Assembly: GCA_965247095.1 (NCBI GenBank)
Contig: OZ251997.1
Span: 4,352,001-4,416,000 of the forward strand
Length of the DNA: 64,000 bases
DNA from: Candidatus Multivorans sp.
Lineage (GTDB): Bacteria; Acidobacteriota; Thermoanaerobaculia; Multivoradales; Multivoraceae
Reading direction: 5' to 3'
In this document: in pieces, positions 37,886-47,502 of the stretch
How the letters are laid out: every line of letters starts with the position of its first letter
Position numbering within the stretch: position 1 is the first letter of the stretch
The notes under the pieces: generated by a model
What the model saw: only the letters and a program-made list of their open reading frames with translations
Databases searched by the model: none
What the model was told of the DNA's origin: nothing
Translations under genes and position numbers: made by a program

Positions 37886-39589
37886 CTATCTCCGCAGCCG
37901 GACGCGCCGGTTGGCCGGCAGGTCGCGCAGCACGAGGGCTTTCTCCGCGGGAGGTTGGCGCACGGTCAGGCGTTCGACCCGTTCCTCGTCCCCGAGTCCG
38001 AAGAAGAGGGTCTGGGTGCTCTGAGACAGGTAGGACGAGCCCGCCCGCACTTCTCGAATCTGCGTCCCTCCACCTGTCGTGAGCACCACTCGGGCGCCGA
38101 TCGTTCCAGGGCCGCTCCCGTTGTGCGAAGAGAAGCCGAACGCAAGCCACCTCCCGGAAGTCCGGTTCTCGTACGTTTCGGATAGCTGGTTCGAGTTGAC
38201 GACCACCACGTCGAGGTCGCCGTCGAGATCGAGGTCGGCGACCGCCGAGCCGCGGCTGGTGCGCACGGCGTCGAGACCGACATCGCGCCGCTCCCGGAAG
38301 CGCCCACCGCCCAGGTTCTCGAACAGTTGGTTGGGTTGCTCGTACGTTCCGACTTCGCCGATACGCGCCGCGTTCGGCTGGATGTGGCCGTTGGCCACGA
38401 ACAGGTCGAGATCACCGTCGAGGTCGGCGTCCAGGGCATTGACACCGAAAGCCAGGCGCTGCAGCGAAGGCTGGGCCAGCCCCGACGGGAAGCGCTGGTC
38501 GAGGAAGACACCGCCGCCGGCGCTGCGGTAGAAGGCGTTCGTCTCGAGCGCGAAGTTGGTCACCACCAGGTCCTGTAGACCGTCGCCGTCGAGGTCGGCC
38601 AGTTCGACCCCCATCCCGGCCTCCGCGTTGCCGCTTCGGTCATAGGCGGCGCCGGAGAGCAGCGACTCGTCCTCGAACCGGCCGCCGCCGAGACCGCGGA
38701 AAAGCAGGTTCGGATCCTTGTCGTTGGCCACGTACAGATCGGGCCAGCGGTCACCGTCGAGATCGCCGATCACCACGCCGAGGCCTGCCTCGGCGACGGT
38801 GTCGAGGCCGCTGGCGGCGGTCGCGTCGACGAAGTACCCGTTGCCGTCGTTGAGGTAGAGGCGGTCCGGCACGCCGTTGTACATGTCGGGGTGGCAGTAG
38901 CCGCGTTCGGGCTTGCCGGTGTCGCCGTCCGACCTCTTGTTTGAGGCGCCAAGGCCGCAGAACTTGTTGTTCGTGACCGAGAAGTCGGTGTAGTTCGCCA
39001 CGTAGAGGTCGAGGTCGCCGTCCAGGTCGATGTCGCCGAAGGCGGCCGAGGCGCTCCAGCGGGGATCGTCGACGCCTCGCTCCGTGCCGGCGGCCCGGAA
39101 GCTGCCGTCGCCCAGGTTCAGAAAGAGCTCGTTGTTGCCGAATGCAGTGACGTAGAGGTCGAAGTCGCCGTCGCCGTCGATGTCGCCCGCGGCGCCGCCG
39201 ATGCCGTAGCCGCCGATGTCGATGCCGGCTGGGCCCGTCACATCGGCGAAACGCGGGGAACCGGCGCCCGTGTCGTTGCGCAACAGCCGGGATCGCGGCG
39301 GCGGACCGTCGTATCCGGGGAGGATCCCGCCGTCGACGAAGAAGACGTCGTCGTCGCCGTCGCCGTCGTAGTCGAAGAGCACGACCCCGCCTGCCATCGT
39401 CTCGACCATGTACATCCGGCCCGAGACTCCGGCGTTGTGCTTGAAGTCGAGTCCCCAGGCAACGCTGACCTCTCGGAAGGTGACTTCGCCGCCGGCAGCG
39501 GAAGTCGCCAGAGCTGCAATGCCGGACAGGCCGGCCGCTGCCAGACGCGCTATGCAGGCGCCCCGCTTGCTTTCGGCCGGCGTGTTCAT
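37886..39589 (-). CDS. CRTAC1-family protein (FG-GAP repeats + ASPIC/UnbV)
   Basis: FREVS--WGLDF-H, VETM-GG, DYDGDGDDD, YCHPD, EAGMG, SRG-AVADLD-DGDLD and REVRAGSSYLSQ. Confidence 0.88.
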   Translation of the reverse strand: MNTPAESKRGACIARLAAAGLSGIAALATSAAGGEVTFREVSVAWGLDFKHNAGVSGRMYMVETMAGGVVLFDYDGDGDDDVFFVDGGILPGYDGPPPRSRLLRNDTGAGSPRFADVTGPAGIDIGGYGIGGAAGDIDGDGDFDLYVTAFGNNELFLNLGDGSFRAAGTERGVDDPRWSASAAFGDIDLDGDLDLYVANYTDFSVTNNKFCGLGASNKRSDGDTGKPERGYCHPDMYNGVPDRLYLNDGNGYFVDATAASGLDTVAEAGLGVVIGDLDGDRWPDLYVANDKDPNLLFRGLGGGRFEDESLLSGAAYDRSGNAEAGMGVELADLDGDGLQDLVVTNFALETNAFYRSAGGGVFLDQRFPSGLAQPSLQRLAFGVNALDADLDGDLDLFVANGHIQPNAARIGEVGTYEQPNQLFENLGGGRFRERRDVGLDAVRTSRGSAVADLDLDGDLDVVVVNSNQLSETYENRTSGRWLAFGFSSHNGSGPGTIGARVVLTTGGGTQIREVRAGSSYLSQSTQTLFFGLGDEERVERLTVRQPPAEKALVLRDLPANRRVRLRR

Positions 39590-41295
39590 CGGACCACCCG
39601 CACACGCTGCCCGAGCGCCAGTCCCGGCAGCCGCAGGCTGCCCTGCCTGGGCCAGCGAATCCTGAGCTCGACGACTCCGGCGGGCGCCTCGGCATCGCCG
39701 GCCTCGTCTGCGTTGCCGGAGACTGGCACACCGAAGGTCTGGGTCAGCGGATTCTGGGACAGGTAGGACGAGCCGGCCCGGATCTCGCGCCGCTGGTTCC
39801 CGCCCCGCGACCGAAGCTCAAGCAACGCGCCGATTGCACGCCGGTTGGGTGTCCCGGTGTCGAGCAGGTCCACCTGGATCGCCTCGCCTCGAAGGTCGCT
39901 CTCGTTGCGGTAGGCCTCCGCGTGGTCATTGCTGTTCGCGATGACGAGATCGAGATCGCCGTCGAGATCGAAATCGGCGGTGGCCAGCCCGCGGCTGACG
40001 CGAACGGCTGAGATGCCGCTATCCTGGATTTCTACGAACCGGCCGCCGAGGTTCTCGAGGAGTTGGTTGGGCTGCTTGTAGGCCGCGCCGCCGAAACCTT
40101 CGTGTTCGGTGATGTTGTGGATCACGTGGCCGTTCGCGACCGCGAGGTCGAGGTCGCCATCGAGATCGAAGTCGGCCAGGTCGGTTCCGAAACCGACCCA
40201 GGGCATGGACGGTTCGGCGATGCCGGCGATGAACCGTCGCTCGAGGAACAGCCCGTCGCCCCGGTTCGCGTAGAGGGCGTTGGTCTGCCGGTCGAGGTGG
40301 GTGATGATCAGGTCCTCGAAACCGTTGCCGTCGATGTCGCCGACGGCAATGCCCATGCCGGCCTCGGGCTCGCCGCGGTCCGACAGCGCGGTGCCGGCGA
40401 GAAGAGCATCGTCCTCGAAACGAAGACCCTCCGCAGTGGCCCGGTTCAGGAAGTGCAGGTTGGGGTCCATGTCGTTTGCGACGTAGATGTCGGGCCTCCG
40501 GTCGTCGTCGAAGTCCGTGATGACGACGCCCAGGCCGGCGCCGCGAGCTTCACCGAAGCCGAACTCCGCCGTCGCGTCTACGAAGGAGGTCCGGCCCTGT
40601 TCGCGGTAGTCGTTGCGGTAGAAGCGGTCCGGCAGAGGGTCGTAGGCATCCGGGTGGCAGTAGGAGCGGATGCCGCGTTCCGGTTGGCCGCAGAGCTGGT
40701 TGTTGTCGTAGCTGAAGTCGACGTAGTTCGTGACGTAGAGGTCGAGATCGCCGTCCAGATCCACATCGCCGAACGCTGCCGAGGCGCTCCAGGAAGGGTC
40801 GGCGGCGGCGTTGTCCGGCGGTGCGGCACGGAAGGCGCCGTCGCCGTCGTTCAGCCATAGCCGATTCGGCCCGAAGGCGGTCAGGTAGAGATCGGGATCG
40901 CCGTCCCCGTCGACATCGCCGGCCACGGCGCCCATGCCGTAACTGTCGAGGAGGATGCCCGACGGGTCCGTTACGTCGACGAAACGGCCACCTTCGTTGG
41001 CCAGGTCATTGCGCAGCAGGGTCGTCCGGCCAGGCTTGCCGCCGTAGGGCGCTGGCTCGCCGCTGTCCACGAACAGCAGGTCGTCGTCGCCGTCGCCGTC
41101 GTAGTCGAACGCGACCACGCCGCTGCCCACCGTCTCGACCATGTAGTAGTCGCCCCGCCCGCCATGGTGGTGACGGAAATCGATGCCCCAGACTTCGGCG
41201 GCGTCCACGAAACGGAGGGCCCGGTCGCCTGCCGCTTCGTCGGCCGCGGTCATCGCGAGCGCGGCCGCGAGGGTTGGGATCAGGGCGAGAACCAC
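39586..41295 (-). CDS. CRTAC1-family protein (FG-GAP repeats + ASPIC/UnbV)
   Basis: Same motif set (VETVGSG, YCHPD, EAGMG, SRGLATAD, AIGA, REIRAGSSYLSQ, IRWP). Overlaps both neighbours. Confidence 0.88.
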   Translation of the reverse strand: MVLALIPTLAAALAMTAADEAAGDRALRFVDAAEVWGIDFRHHHGGRGDYYMVETVGSGVVAFDYDGDGDDDLLFVDSGEPAPYGGKPGRTTLLRNDLANEGGRFVDVTDPSGILLDSYGMGAVAGDVDGDGDPDLYLTAFGPNRLWLNDGDGAFRAAPPDNAAADPSWSASAAFGDVDLDGDLDLYVTNYVDFSYDNNQLCGQPERGIRSYCHPDAYDPLPDRFYRNDYREQGRTSFVDATAEFGFGEARGAGLGVVITDFDDDRRPDIYVANDMDPNLHFLNRATAEGLRFEDDALLAGTALSDRGEPEAGMGIAVGDIDGNGFEDLIITHLDRQTNALYANRGDGLFLERRFIAGIAEPSMPWVGFGTDLADFDLDGDLDLAVANGHVIHNITEHEGFGGAAYKQPNQLLENLGGRFVEIQDSGISAVRVSRGLATADFDLDGDLDLVIANSNDHAEAYRNESDLRGEAIQVDLLDTGTPNRRAIGALLELRSRGGNQRREIRAGSSYLSQNPLTQTFGVPVSGNADEAGDAEAPAGVVELRIRWPRQGSLRLPGLALGQRVRVVR

Positions 41296-43238
41296 GGTTC
41301 GCGCACCGGTTCGTTGTTCTGGTAGGAGCGGAGACGGAACTCCTGGCCCGGAGTCGGCGAGCCGCCGCGATTCCTGACCTCCTCGAGCACTTGCCTCTGC
41401 AGGGCCGCGGCGCGCTCGAAATCGCCGACTTCGGCGAGCGCCATCGCGAGCGTCTCGCCGTGCTCCAGCGTCGGCCGCTCCGACATCAGGCGCTGGGCGA
41501 TGGCCAGCGCCTCGCGGCCGTTGCGAACGCTCGGGTCGGAACTCGCTGCCAGCAGCCGCGCCAGCAGGGTGTCCAGGTGGTCCATCGCGCCGGCAGCCCG
41601 ATCCTCGGTGCTCAGCAGCGCCTGGCGACCGCTGGCCAGGGCCCCGCGGGCCGACGCGTAGCGCTTGCCGAGAATGAGGGCCATGGCGCGGGCGCCGTGC
41701 CAGGCCCCGTTCGCTGGATCGCGGGTCAGCGCTCGAGCGAAGTGGCCGGCGGCTTCCGGGTAGCGCTCCTGTTGCGCCAAGAGGCGTCCGAGCAGGGCGT
41801 GGGCCTCAGCGAAGTCGGGATCGAGCTCAACTGCCTCTTGGAGGTGGAAGGCGGGGTTGCCGGTGTCCTCGTGGGCCGGCTCTTCGTTGGGCAGCGCGCC
41901 GCCTCTTTCCGCCTCGGCGAGAACCGCCAGACGGTAGTGGGCTTCGGCGCGTTCCCGCGGTGCGCCCGGGGCGGCCTCGAGCACATCGAACAGGGCGGTC
42001 CGGGCCGCCTCCGGATCCCCCGCGGCCTGGTGTGCGGCGCCCAGGGCCAACTGGGCTATCGGCATCGCCGCGTCCTTTTCCAGCACGTCACCCAGCAGCG
42101 CGATCGCCTCCGGCGCCCCGCCAAGTCGAGTCAGTACTTCGGCGTGACGGACCCGCGCCTCGAGGTCGTCGGGATCGATCTCGACCGCCCGCCGGAGGTG
42201 GCGTTCGGCACCCTCCAGGTCGCCCCGCTCGGCCAGGATGAGCGCAAGGTTGTAGTGCGGTTCGCGGTAGCTGTCGTCTATGTCGACCGCGCGGCGCATG
42301 TGCACTTCGGCGCCTGCCTTGTCGCCGAGTTCGATCAGCGCCATGCCGACGTTGAACAACGTGACGGGGTCGTCGGGGAGGGCCTCCAGTGCGGCTTCAA
42401 AGGCGCTTAGCGCGGCCTGAGCGTCGCCTCGGCGCATCGCGTCGGTGCCGCGCTTGAAGTGCGCCTCGCGACTGGCGTTCAGCCGCTGCAGGGCCGCGAA
42501 CAGCGGGTCGGGAAAGCCGACGCGAATGTGCTGATTCCGTTCCAGGTGGAGCGCCGCCTCCTCGCGCCGGCCCAGCCGTCGGAGCGCCAACCCGATGTGG
42601 TGGTGAATGGCGGACCCGTCGGGTTGTCCCCTGAGCGCGGTCTCGAAGCGTTCGGCCGCGCGCTCGAACTCTCCGCGTTCGTAGTCGATCCGGCCGAGGC
42701 CGAAGCGGGCGGCGGAGTACTGCTGATCGAGTTCCAGGATTCGCACATAGTCGCGCTCGGCGTCGTCGACGCGGCCGAGTTCGAGCAGGGCGTCGCCGCG
42801 GCGGGTTCGTGCCGCGAGGTCGCGGGGCGCCAGTGCAAGAACCCGGTCGAGTGCAGCGACCGTACTTTCGATGTTGCCTTCGAACGTCTCGTGAACGGCC
42901 AGAAAGTAGGGCCAGCGTGGATCGGCGGGAGCGAGCGTTTCGGCGTTGCGGAGAGCGGCGGCGGCGGGCCCCATGAAGTCGTACAGGAGGTAGAGCTGAC
43001 CGAGATGGCCGAAGGCGGCTGCCAACTCGGCGTCGTCGGACTCGGGCGCTTCGAGCAGGCTGTCGACGCGGGTTCGCGCTGCCGTCAGTTGAGCCTGCAC
43101 GGACTGCTCGTAGTGGTCGATCCGTGGCTGATCGAGGGACTCGAGGGCGGGCTGCGCGAGGGCCTGCAGAGGGTTCAGAGTCAAGAGCGCGACGAGCGTG
43201 GCCAGCGTGGCCGCCCCTGTTGACGGTACGGGGTTCAC
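41280..43238 (-). CDS. Tetratricopeptide-repeat protein, secreted
   Basis: GTG 43238 overlaps the upstream stop (GTGA). Signal peptide, TPRs, and a C-terminal LARLLA-S-DP-VRNG-EAL...TLAMALAE-G-F motif. Confidence 0.85.
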   Translation of the reverse strand: MNPVPSTGAATLATLVALLTLNPLQALAQPALESLDQPRIDHYEQSVQAQLTAARTRVDSLLEAPESDDAELAAAFGHLGQLYLLYDFMGPAAAALRNAETLAPADPRWPYFLAVHETFEGNIESTVAALDRVLALAPRDLAARTRRGDALLELGRVDDAERDYVRILELDQQYSAARFGLGRIDYERGEFERAAERFETALRGQPDGSAIHHHIGLALRRLGRREEAALHLERNQHIRVGFPDPLFAALQRLNASREAHFKRGTDAMRRGDAQAALSAFEAALEALPDDPVTLFNVGMALIELGDKAGAEVHMRRAVDIDDSYREPHYNLALILAERGDLEGAERHLRRAVEIDPDDLEARVRHAEVLTRLGGAPEAIALLGDVLEKDAAMPIAQLALGAAHQAAGDPEAARTALFDVLEAAPGAPRERAEAHYRLAVLAEAERGGALPNEEPAHEDTGNPAFHLQEAVELDPDFAEAHALLGRLLAQQERYPEAAGHFARALTRDPANGAWHGARAMALILGKRYASARGALASGRQALLSTEDRAAGAMDHLDTLLARLLAASSDPSVRNGREALAIAQRLMSERPTLEHGETLAMALAEVGDFERAAALQRQVLEEVRNRGGSPTPGQEFRLRSYQNNEPVREPWFSP

Positions 43239-45019
43239 CGCGATGCACCTGTTGCCGCGGCGTCGGGCTCGCCGAGGCCGCGGACCAGGGTGAAGTACCG
43301 GCCCAGGCCGCCGGGAGTGAAGACCTCGCGACCACCGCCGGGCCAGGAGACGACGACGGTCGGGGCTGCGCCGGCAGCGACGAAGGCGATGCGGGGATCG
43401 TTGGACGCCGCATAGGAACCGTCGGTGTGGAAGCGTCGCCAACGGCGTACGGTGTCATTCCCGGCGTCGCGTACGCCGACCCAGGCGCCGAGAGCGCGGC
43501 GTCCGGGTGTGCTCTCGTCTTTGCCCGCGAGTCGCAGATCGACTCCGGCCCAGGCTTGCGACGCCGGCCGGAGTTGGTTGACGAGAACGCGCGCCGGGCC
43601 GTTGTTGGTCGCGACCACGAGATCCGGGTCGCCGTCGTTGTCCAGATCACCCGCGGCCAGCCCCCGGCTCACTTCGGAGACGATGGGGCTCTCGAAGTCC
43701 AGGATCTCCTCGAAGCGGCCGTTGCCGAGCCCGCGGAACAGTTGATCCGTCTGCCGCAGCGGCAGCGATTCACCCGCCCGGAATTGCTCCTCGATCCGCT
43801 TGACGGCGCCGTTGGCAACGTAGATGTCGAGTTCGCCGTCCAGGTCGTAGTCGAGCGCCGCAGTGCCGAAGCCGGTGTAGGAGAAGCTGGGGCGTCCCAG
43901 ACCGCTGGCGCGTGTGACGTCGTCCCAGATGCCGTCGCCAAGGTTCAGATAGAGCGTGTTTGTTTCCCGGCGGAGATGGGTCATGAAGAGGTCGACCAGG
44001 CCGTCGCCGTTGAAGTCCTCCGCCAGCACGCCCATGCTCGCCTGCGGTTGGCCCGACGCGCTGACGGACGTACCGGCCATGACCGCGTCGTCGACGAAGG
44101 TGGCGCCATCGCGATTGAGCAGCAGGGCGTTGGCCTCCTGGTCGTTGGCGACGTAGATGTCGATCAGGCCGTCGCCGTCGAAGTCGGATGCGATCGTTCC
44201 CAGGGTTGGCCGGGCGAGGTCGGCCAGACCGAGGCGTGCGGTCCAGTCCTCGAACACGCCGCTGCCGCGATTCCTCAGCACGCGGTTCGCCTCGGCCCGA
44301 TAGGCCTTCGGCCCGCAGTAGTCCAGCACGCCCTCGGCTGAGGCGCACTGCTTGTGGATGGCGACCCGGAACTCGACGTAGTTACCCACGAAGAGGTCGA
44401 GGAGACCGTCGGCGTCGAAGTCGAAGAAACTGGCAGCGGCGCTCCAACGCGGATCGGCGGTGCTGCCTTGGGTGATGTTGGTGAACCGAGCCGCGCCAGG
44501 CCCCGATTCGTTGCGCCAGAGCTCGTTCGGCCCCAGGTTCAGAATGTAGAGGTCGGGGTCGCCGTCGTTGTCGATGTCGCCGGCGGTGACGCCCATGGCG
44601 TAGCCACGGGCGTCGAGCCCGCTTTCGGCGGTGATGTCCGTGAAGCGGAGACCGTCGCTGTCCAGGTCGTTGCGATACAGGCGGTCGCGCAGGATTGAGT
44701 CGCTGGCGTTTCCGGATGCGGGCGAGACGCCCGCGTTCCCAGGCGGCGCCAGCGGGTGCCCCTGGCCGAGGTAGAGGTCGAGGTCGCCGTCGCCGTCGAT
44801 GTCGAGCAGCGCGACGGCGCCCCCCATGTGCTCGGCAAAGTAGAGCTTGTCCGTCATTCCGTTCGCGTGTGTGAAATCAACGCCGAGGTCGGCGGCGCGG
44901 TCGACGAAGACCGGCTTCGGATCCTCGGCAGCGAGAGGCTCAGCTATCGCGGCCGCGGCCAGGGCCAGGGCTAGGGCGACCGCTGGTGACGGGCAGTTCC
45001 CGGACACGATGGACGGCAT
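43235..45019 (-). CDS. CRTAC1-family protein (FG-GAP repeats + ASPIC/UnbV)
   Basis: FVDRAADLGVDF-H-NG, DIDGDGDLD repeats, YCGP, ASMG, SRGLAAGDLDNDGD-D, GSYAAS and VSWPGG. Confidence 0.88.
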   Translation of the reverse strand: MPSIVSGNCPSPAVALALALAAAAIAEPLAAEDPKPVFVDRAADLGVDFTHANGMTDKLYFAEHMGGAVALLDIDGDGDLDLYLGQGHPLAPPGNAGVSPASGNASDSILRDRLYRNDLDSDGLRFTDITAESGLDARGYAMGVTAGDIDNDGDPDLYILNLGPNELWRNESGPGAARFTNITQGSTADPRWSAAASFFDFDADGLLDLFVGNYVEFRVAIHKQCASAEGVLDYCGPKAYRAEANRVLRNRGSGVFEDWTARLGLADLARPTLGTIASDFDGDGLIDIYVANDQEANALLLNRDGATFVDDAVMAGTSVSASGQPQASMGVLAEDFNGDGLVDLFMTHLRRETNTLYLNLGDGIWDDVTRASGLGRPSFSYTGFGTAALDYDLDGELDIYVANGAVKRIEEQFRAGESLPLRQTDQLFRGLGNGRFEEILDFESPIVSEVSRGLAAGDLDNDGDPDLVVATNNGPARVLVNQLRPASQAWAGVDLRLAGKDESTPGRRALGAWVGVRDAGNDTVRRWRRFHTDGSYAASNDPRIAFVAAGAAPTVVVSWPGGGREVFTPGGLGRYFTLVRGLGEPDAAATGASR

Positions 45020-46572
45020 CAGGCCAGCGGCACCGGCGCGGCGGTCAGCGGCGGGCCGACGCGTGCCGTTCGCCCGTAGCCCAGGTTGTGGAGCACGTCC
45101 TCGGTCGTATGCCCCGGCACGATGTCGCAGAGGAAGCCGCCGTTGTCGTCGTCGTCGATCAGGAGTTCGGTCGCTTCAGGGAGGACGCAGTGTTTGCTGC
45201 CGCGCACGCCGCCGAGCATCTCCTGGTAGGCGCCGACCGAGAAGAAGCCCACATGCAGCGGCGTCTCGCGTAGTTCGGAAGAGGTCAGGTCCGGGAGGAA
45301 GAGTGACACCGTGCTGCCGCGGGGTGGGTAGACGTCGTCGCGGTCGCAGGTGATGCCGCCCAGGCGCACACGGTGGAAGGGCCGGTCGAGGTGGTTGAGA
45401 GGCAGGCAGATGAAATGCTCGCCCAGGGCCCACGTGTCCGGGAAGGAGGTCATGATCGAGCCGTCGACCAGGTACCAGGGAAGCTCGGGGCTGTTCGGCT
45501 TGACCGAGATGACCCGGAACAGGTGGGCCGCGTGCTCGGACACGGTGTAGCGCCCGAACTCGCCGATCAGCGCCGGCGGCCTGGAGCCGTGGGCGGCGCA
45601 GCGTGCGGTCGCGGTCTCGAGCAGCCGGCGGGCGAAGAGGTCGTAGTCGAAGCTGCCGTCGAGTGTGGTCCTTCCGGGCACCCCGCCGCCGAAGTCGAAG
45701 AAGCGGAGTTCCCGGTGGTGGCGGCCGAGGCGAGCGTAGAGATCGAGCGCCGGTTCGAGAGCCGTGACGAACTCCTCCTCGTCGCTGCTTGCCGAACCGA
45801 ACATCGCGTGCAGGAGGACGAAGCGCGTTGCGGGCGTCCGGTCGATCTCGGTTGCGAGGCGCTCGGCCTCGGCGGCATCGACGCCGAAACGCGAGTCGCG
45901 ATCGGCCAGCCGCGTACCGTCGAGCCGGGCGGCGGCGCCGGCCCTTGGGCCCCGCAGCCTGAGGCGGACTCCGATCTCGAAGGTCAGGCCGCTGCCGGCG
46001 AAGGTTTGAAGCTCGGAGGCGTCCTCGAGGATGGGGATCGTGCCGCGGTGTTCGCTCCGGAGCGCGACCAGGTTCTGCGCGTAGTCGCTGCCCGGGCCCT
46101 TGAACCCGTTCGCGAGCACGAGCCGATCTTCGGGCAGTTGGCCGGATCGGATCATGCGCCGGGCGATCTCGACGTCGACGTTCGACGACATCTCGTGGTG
46201 AGCGCCGGCCGCCAGAGTCGAGCGGACGATCTCCTCGGCGGTGTTCGCCTTCGAGGCGAAGGCGAAGTGGAACGGGGCGGGGTAGCCGACCAGGTCGATC
46301 GCACGGTCGAAGCAGCGTTCCATCGCCGTCACCTGGGCGCGGATGTTGGGCAGGAAGGCGATCTCGAGCGGACTGGGCATGGGAGTCGAGGGCAGGCCGG
46401 ATGCCGGGACGCGTCCCGGCTCGAAGAAGGCAGCGAAGTCCAGCCCGTGCGCTCTCAGGCGGCCGCCCGCCGCTTCGAGGAAGTGGTTGAAGCGGTACCC
46501 GTCCGGAACCGGCGCCGGCGACTGCCAGCCGATCCTGCAAGGTACGGAAGGCGGCGCTTGACTGGAATCCAT
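45019..46572 (-). CDS. speA: PLP-dependent (alanine-racemase fold, group IV) decarboxylase, arginine decarboxylase-like
   Basis: FASKAN (PLP lysine), NGFK, SRFG, DFGGG, GEFGRY, GITCD--D and GAYQEMLGG---HC. Substrate is inferred, not established. Confidence 0.72.
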   Translation of the reverse strand: MDSSQAPPSVPCRIGWQSPAPVPDGYRFNHFLEAAGGRLRAHGLDFAAFFEPGRVPASGLPSTPMPSPLEIAFLPNIRAQVTAMERCFDRAIDLVGYPAPFHFAFASKANTAEEIVRSTLAAGAHHEMSSNVDVEIARRMIRSGQLPEDRLVLANGFKGPGSDYAQNLVALRSEHRGTIPILEDASELQTFAGSGLTFEIGVRLRLRGPRAGAAARLDGTRLADRDSRFGVDAAEAERLATEIDRTPATRFVLLHAMFGSASSDEEEFVTALEPALDLYARLGRHHRELRFFDFGGGVPGRTTLDGSFDYDLFARRLLETATARCAAHGSRPPALIGEFGRYTVSEHAAHLFRVISVKPNSPELPWYLVDGSIMTSFPDTWALGEHFICLPLNHLDRPFHRVRLGGITCDRDDVYPPRGSTVSLFLPDLTSSELRETPLHVGFFSVGAYQEMLGGVRGSKHCVLPEATELLIDDDDNGGFLCDIVPGHTTEDVLHNLGYGRTARVGPPLTAAPVPLA

Positions 46573-46660
46573 GGCGGCACCCGTGTCGGGTTGTTCATTC
46601 TACCGGCGGGTTGGGTGGTTCCCGAACGGCCGTCTCAGCGGCATGAGGCCCGCAGCCGCT

Positions 46661-47092
46661 TCAGCGCAGCCGTTGGTCGAACCGGAACGTCCGAATCTCG
46701 CCGGGCTCTACCGCGCCGAACCTTCGGTGCAGCGGGTTGATCACGATGTTCCGCTCCAGCGGATTCACCACGCTGGGCACGGCGAAGGCGAGATGTTCCT
46801 TCAGTGCTGCCGCGCCGGCTTTCTGGCCGTTTCGAGCGCCTTCGCCAACGGGCAGTTCGACTACGTCGTCGTCCGGGATCGTCACGTCCAGGATCCCGAA
46901 GGTGGGGGAGTCCGAGATGTCCTCGATACGCGCCAGCATCTCGAGCATGGCCAGGGAGGACGTCTCACTGCAGTAGACGACGGGCATCCCAAGCGGGTTC
47001 CAACGGCCTCCGCTGAGGGCGGCGCCCATGCCGCTCAACATGGTGGGCGGGTCGGTTGCATGGGCGGTCTTGGCGACTCTCCAAACCCTCAT
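46661..47092 (-). CDS. RES-domain toxin (putative NAD+ phosphorylase)
   Basis: VWRV, GGRWNPLG-PVVYCSE--SLA-LE, VPSVV-P-E-N-VINP-H and FDQRL. Confidence 0.9.
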   Translation of the reverse strand: MRVWRVAKTAHATDPPTMLSGMGAALSGGRWNPLGMPVVYCSETSSLAMLEMLARIEDISDSPTFGILDVTIPDDDVVELPVGEGARNGQKAGAAALKEHLAFAVPSVVNPLERNIVINPLHRRFGAVEPGEIRTFRFDQRLR

Positions 47093-47100
47093 CGACGACG

Positions 47101-47502
47101 TCAGAGCGGGATGCCGTGCTCGATGCGGTGCAGGAGCACGACGACATCGTTGGCGCCGGTGACGGTATCGGCGCGTTCCAGGGGTGTTTCTCCGTCAAGC
47201 CCGATGTTGGGGCGCTTCATCCACCGCAGAGCCGCTTGGTGCTTGCCGTCGAAGAAATCCAGCGCCTTGTTGTACGCCTTGGCGACCGCGACGACCCGGT
47301 CGGCTTCGTGGCGTTTCAGTGCTCCGCTCTGCAGTCGGCGCAGCATGGTCTGGCGCGGGATGCCGACGATGCCCGCCAGTTCGATGTCCGATACTTCCAG
47401 CGCGGTCTTCAGTTCGCGCAGCAGGCCTGCGGAGCACGATCCCCCCCGAATCTCGTCGATGGCGGGGAGACTAAGCTCCTCACGAGTGTCTCGACTGTTC
47501 AT
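47101..47502 (-). CDS. Xre/MbcA/ParS-type antitoxin (HTH + toxin-binding domain)
   Basis: LAGIVGIPRQT--RR HTH, A---FDG----ALRWM-RPN-GL-GETPL and L-RIEHG. Immediately upstream of the RES gene; start ATG 47502. Confidence 0.9.
   Translation of the reverse strand: MNSRDTREELSLPAIDEIRGGSCSAGLLRELKTALEVSDIELAGIVGIPRQTMLRRLQSGALKRHEADRVVAVAKAYNKALDFFDGKHQAALRWMKRPNIGLDGETPLERADTVTGANDVVVLLHRIEHGIPL

Noticed and set aside
37886-45019. UnbV-like genes as an enediyne biosynthetic cluster
   Set aside because: No PKS, thioesterase or other enediyne core genes are present.
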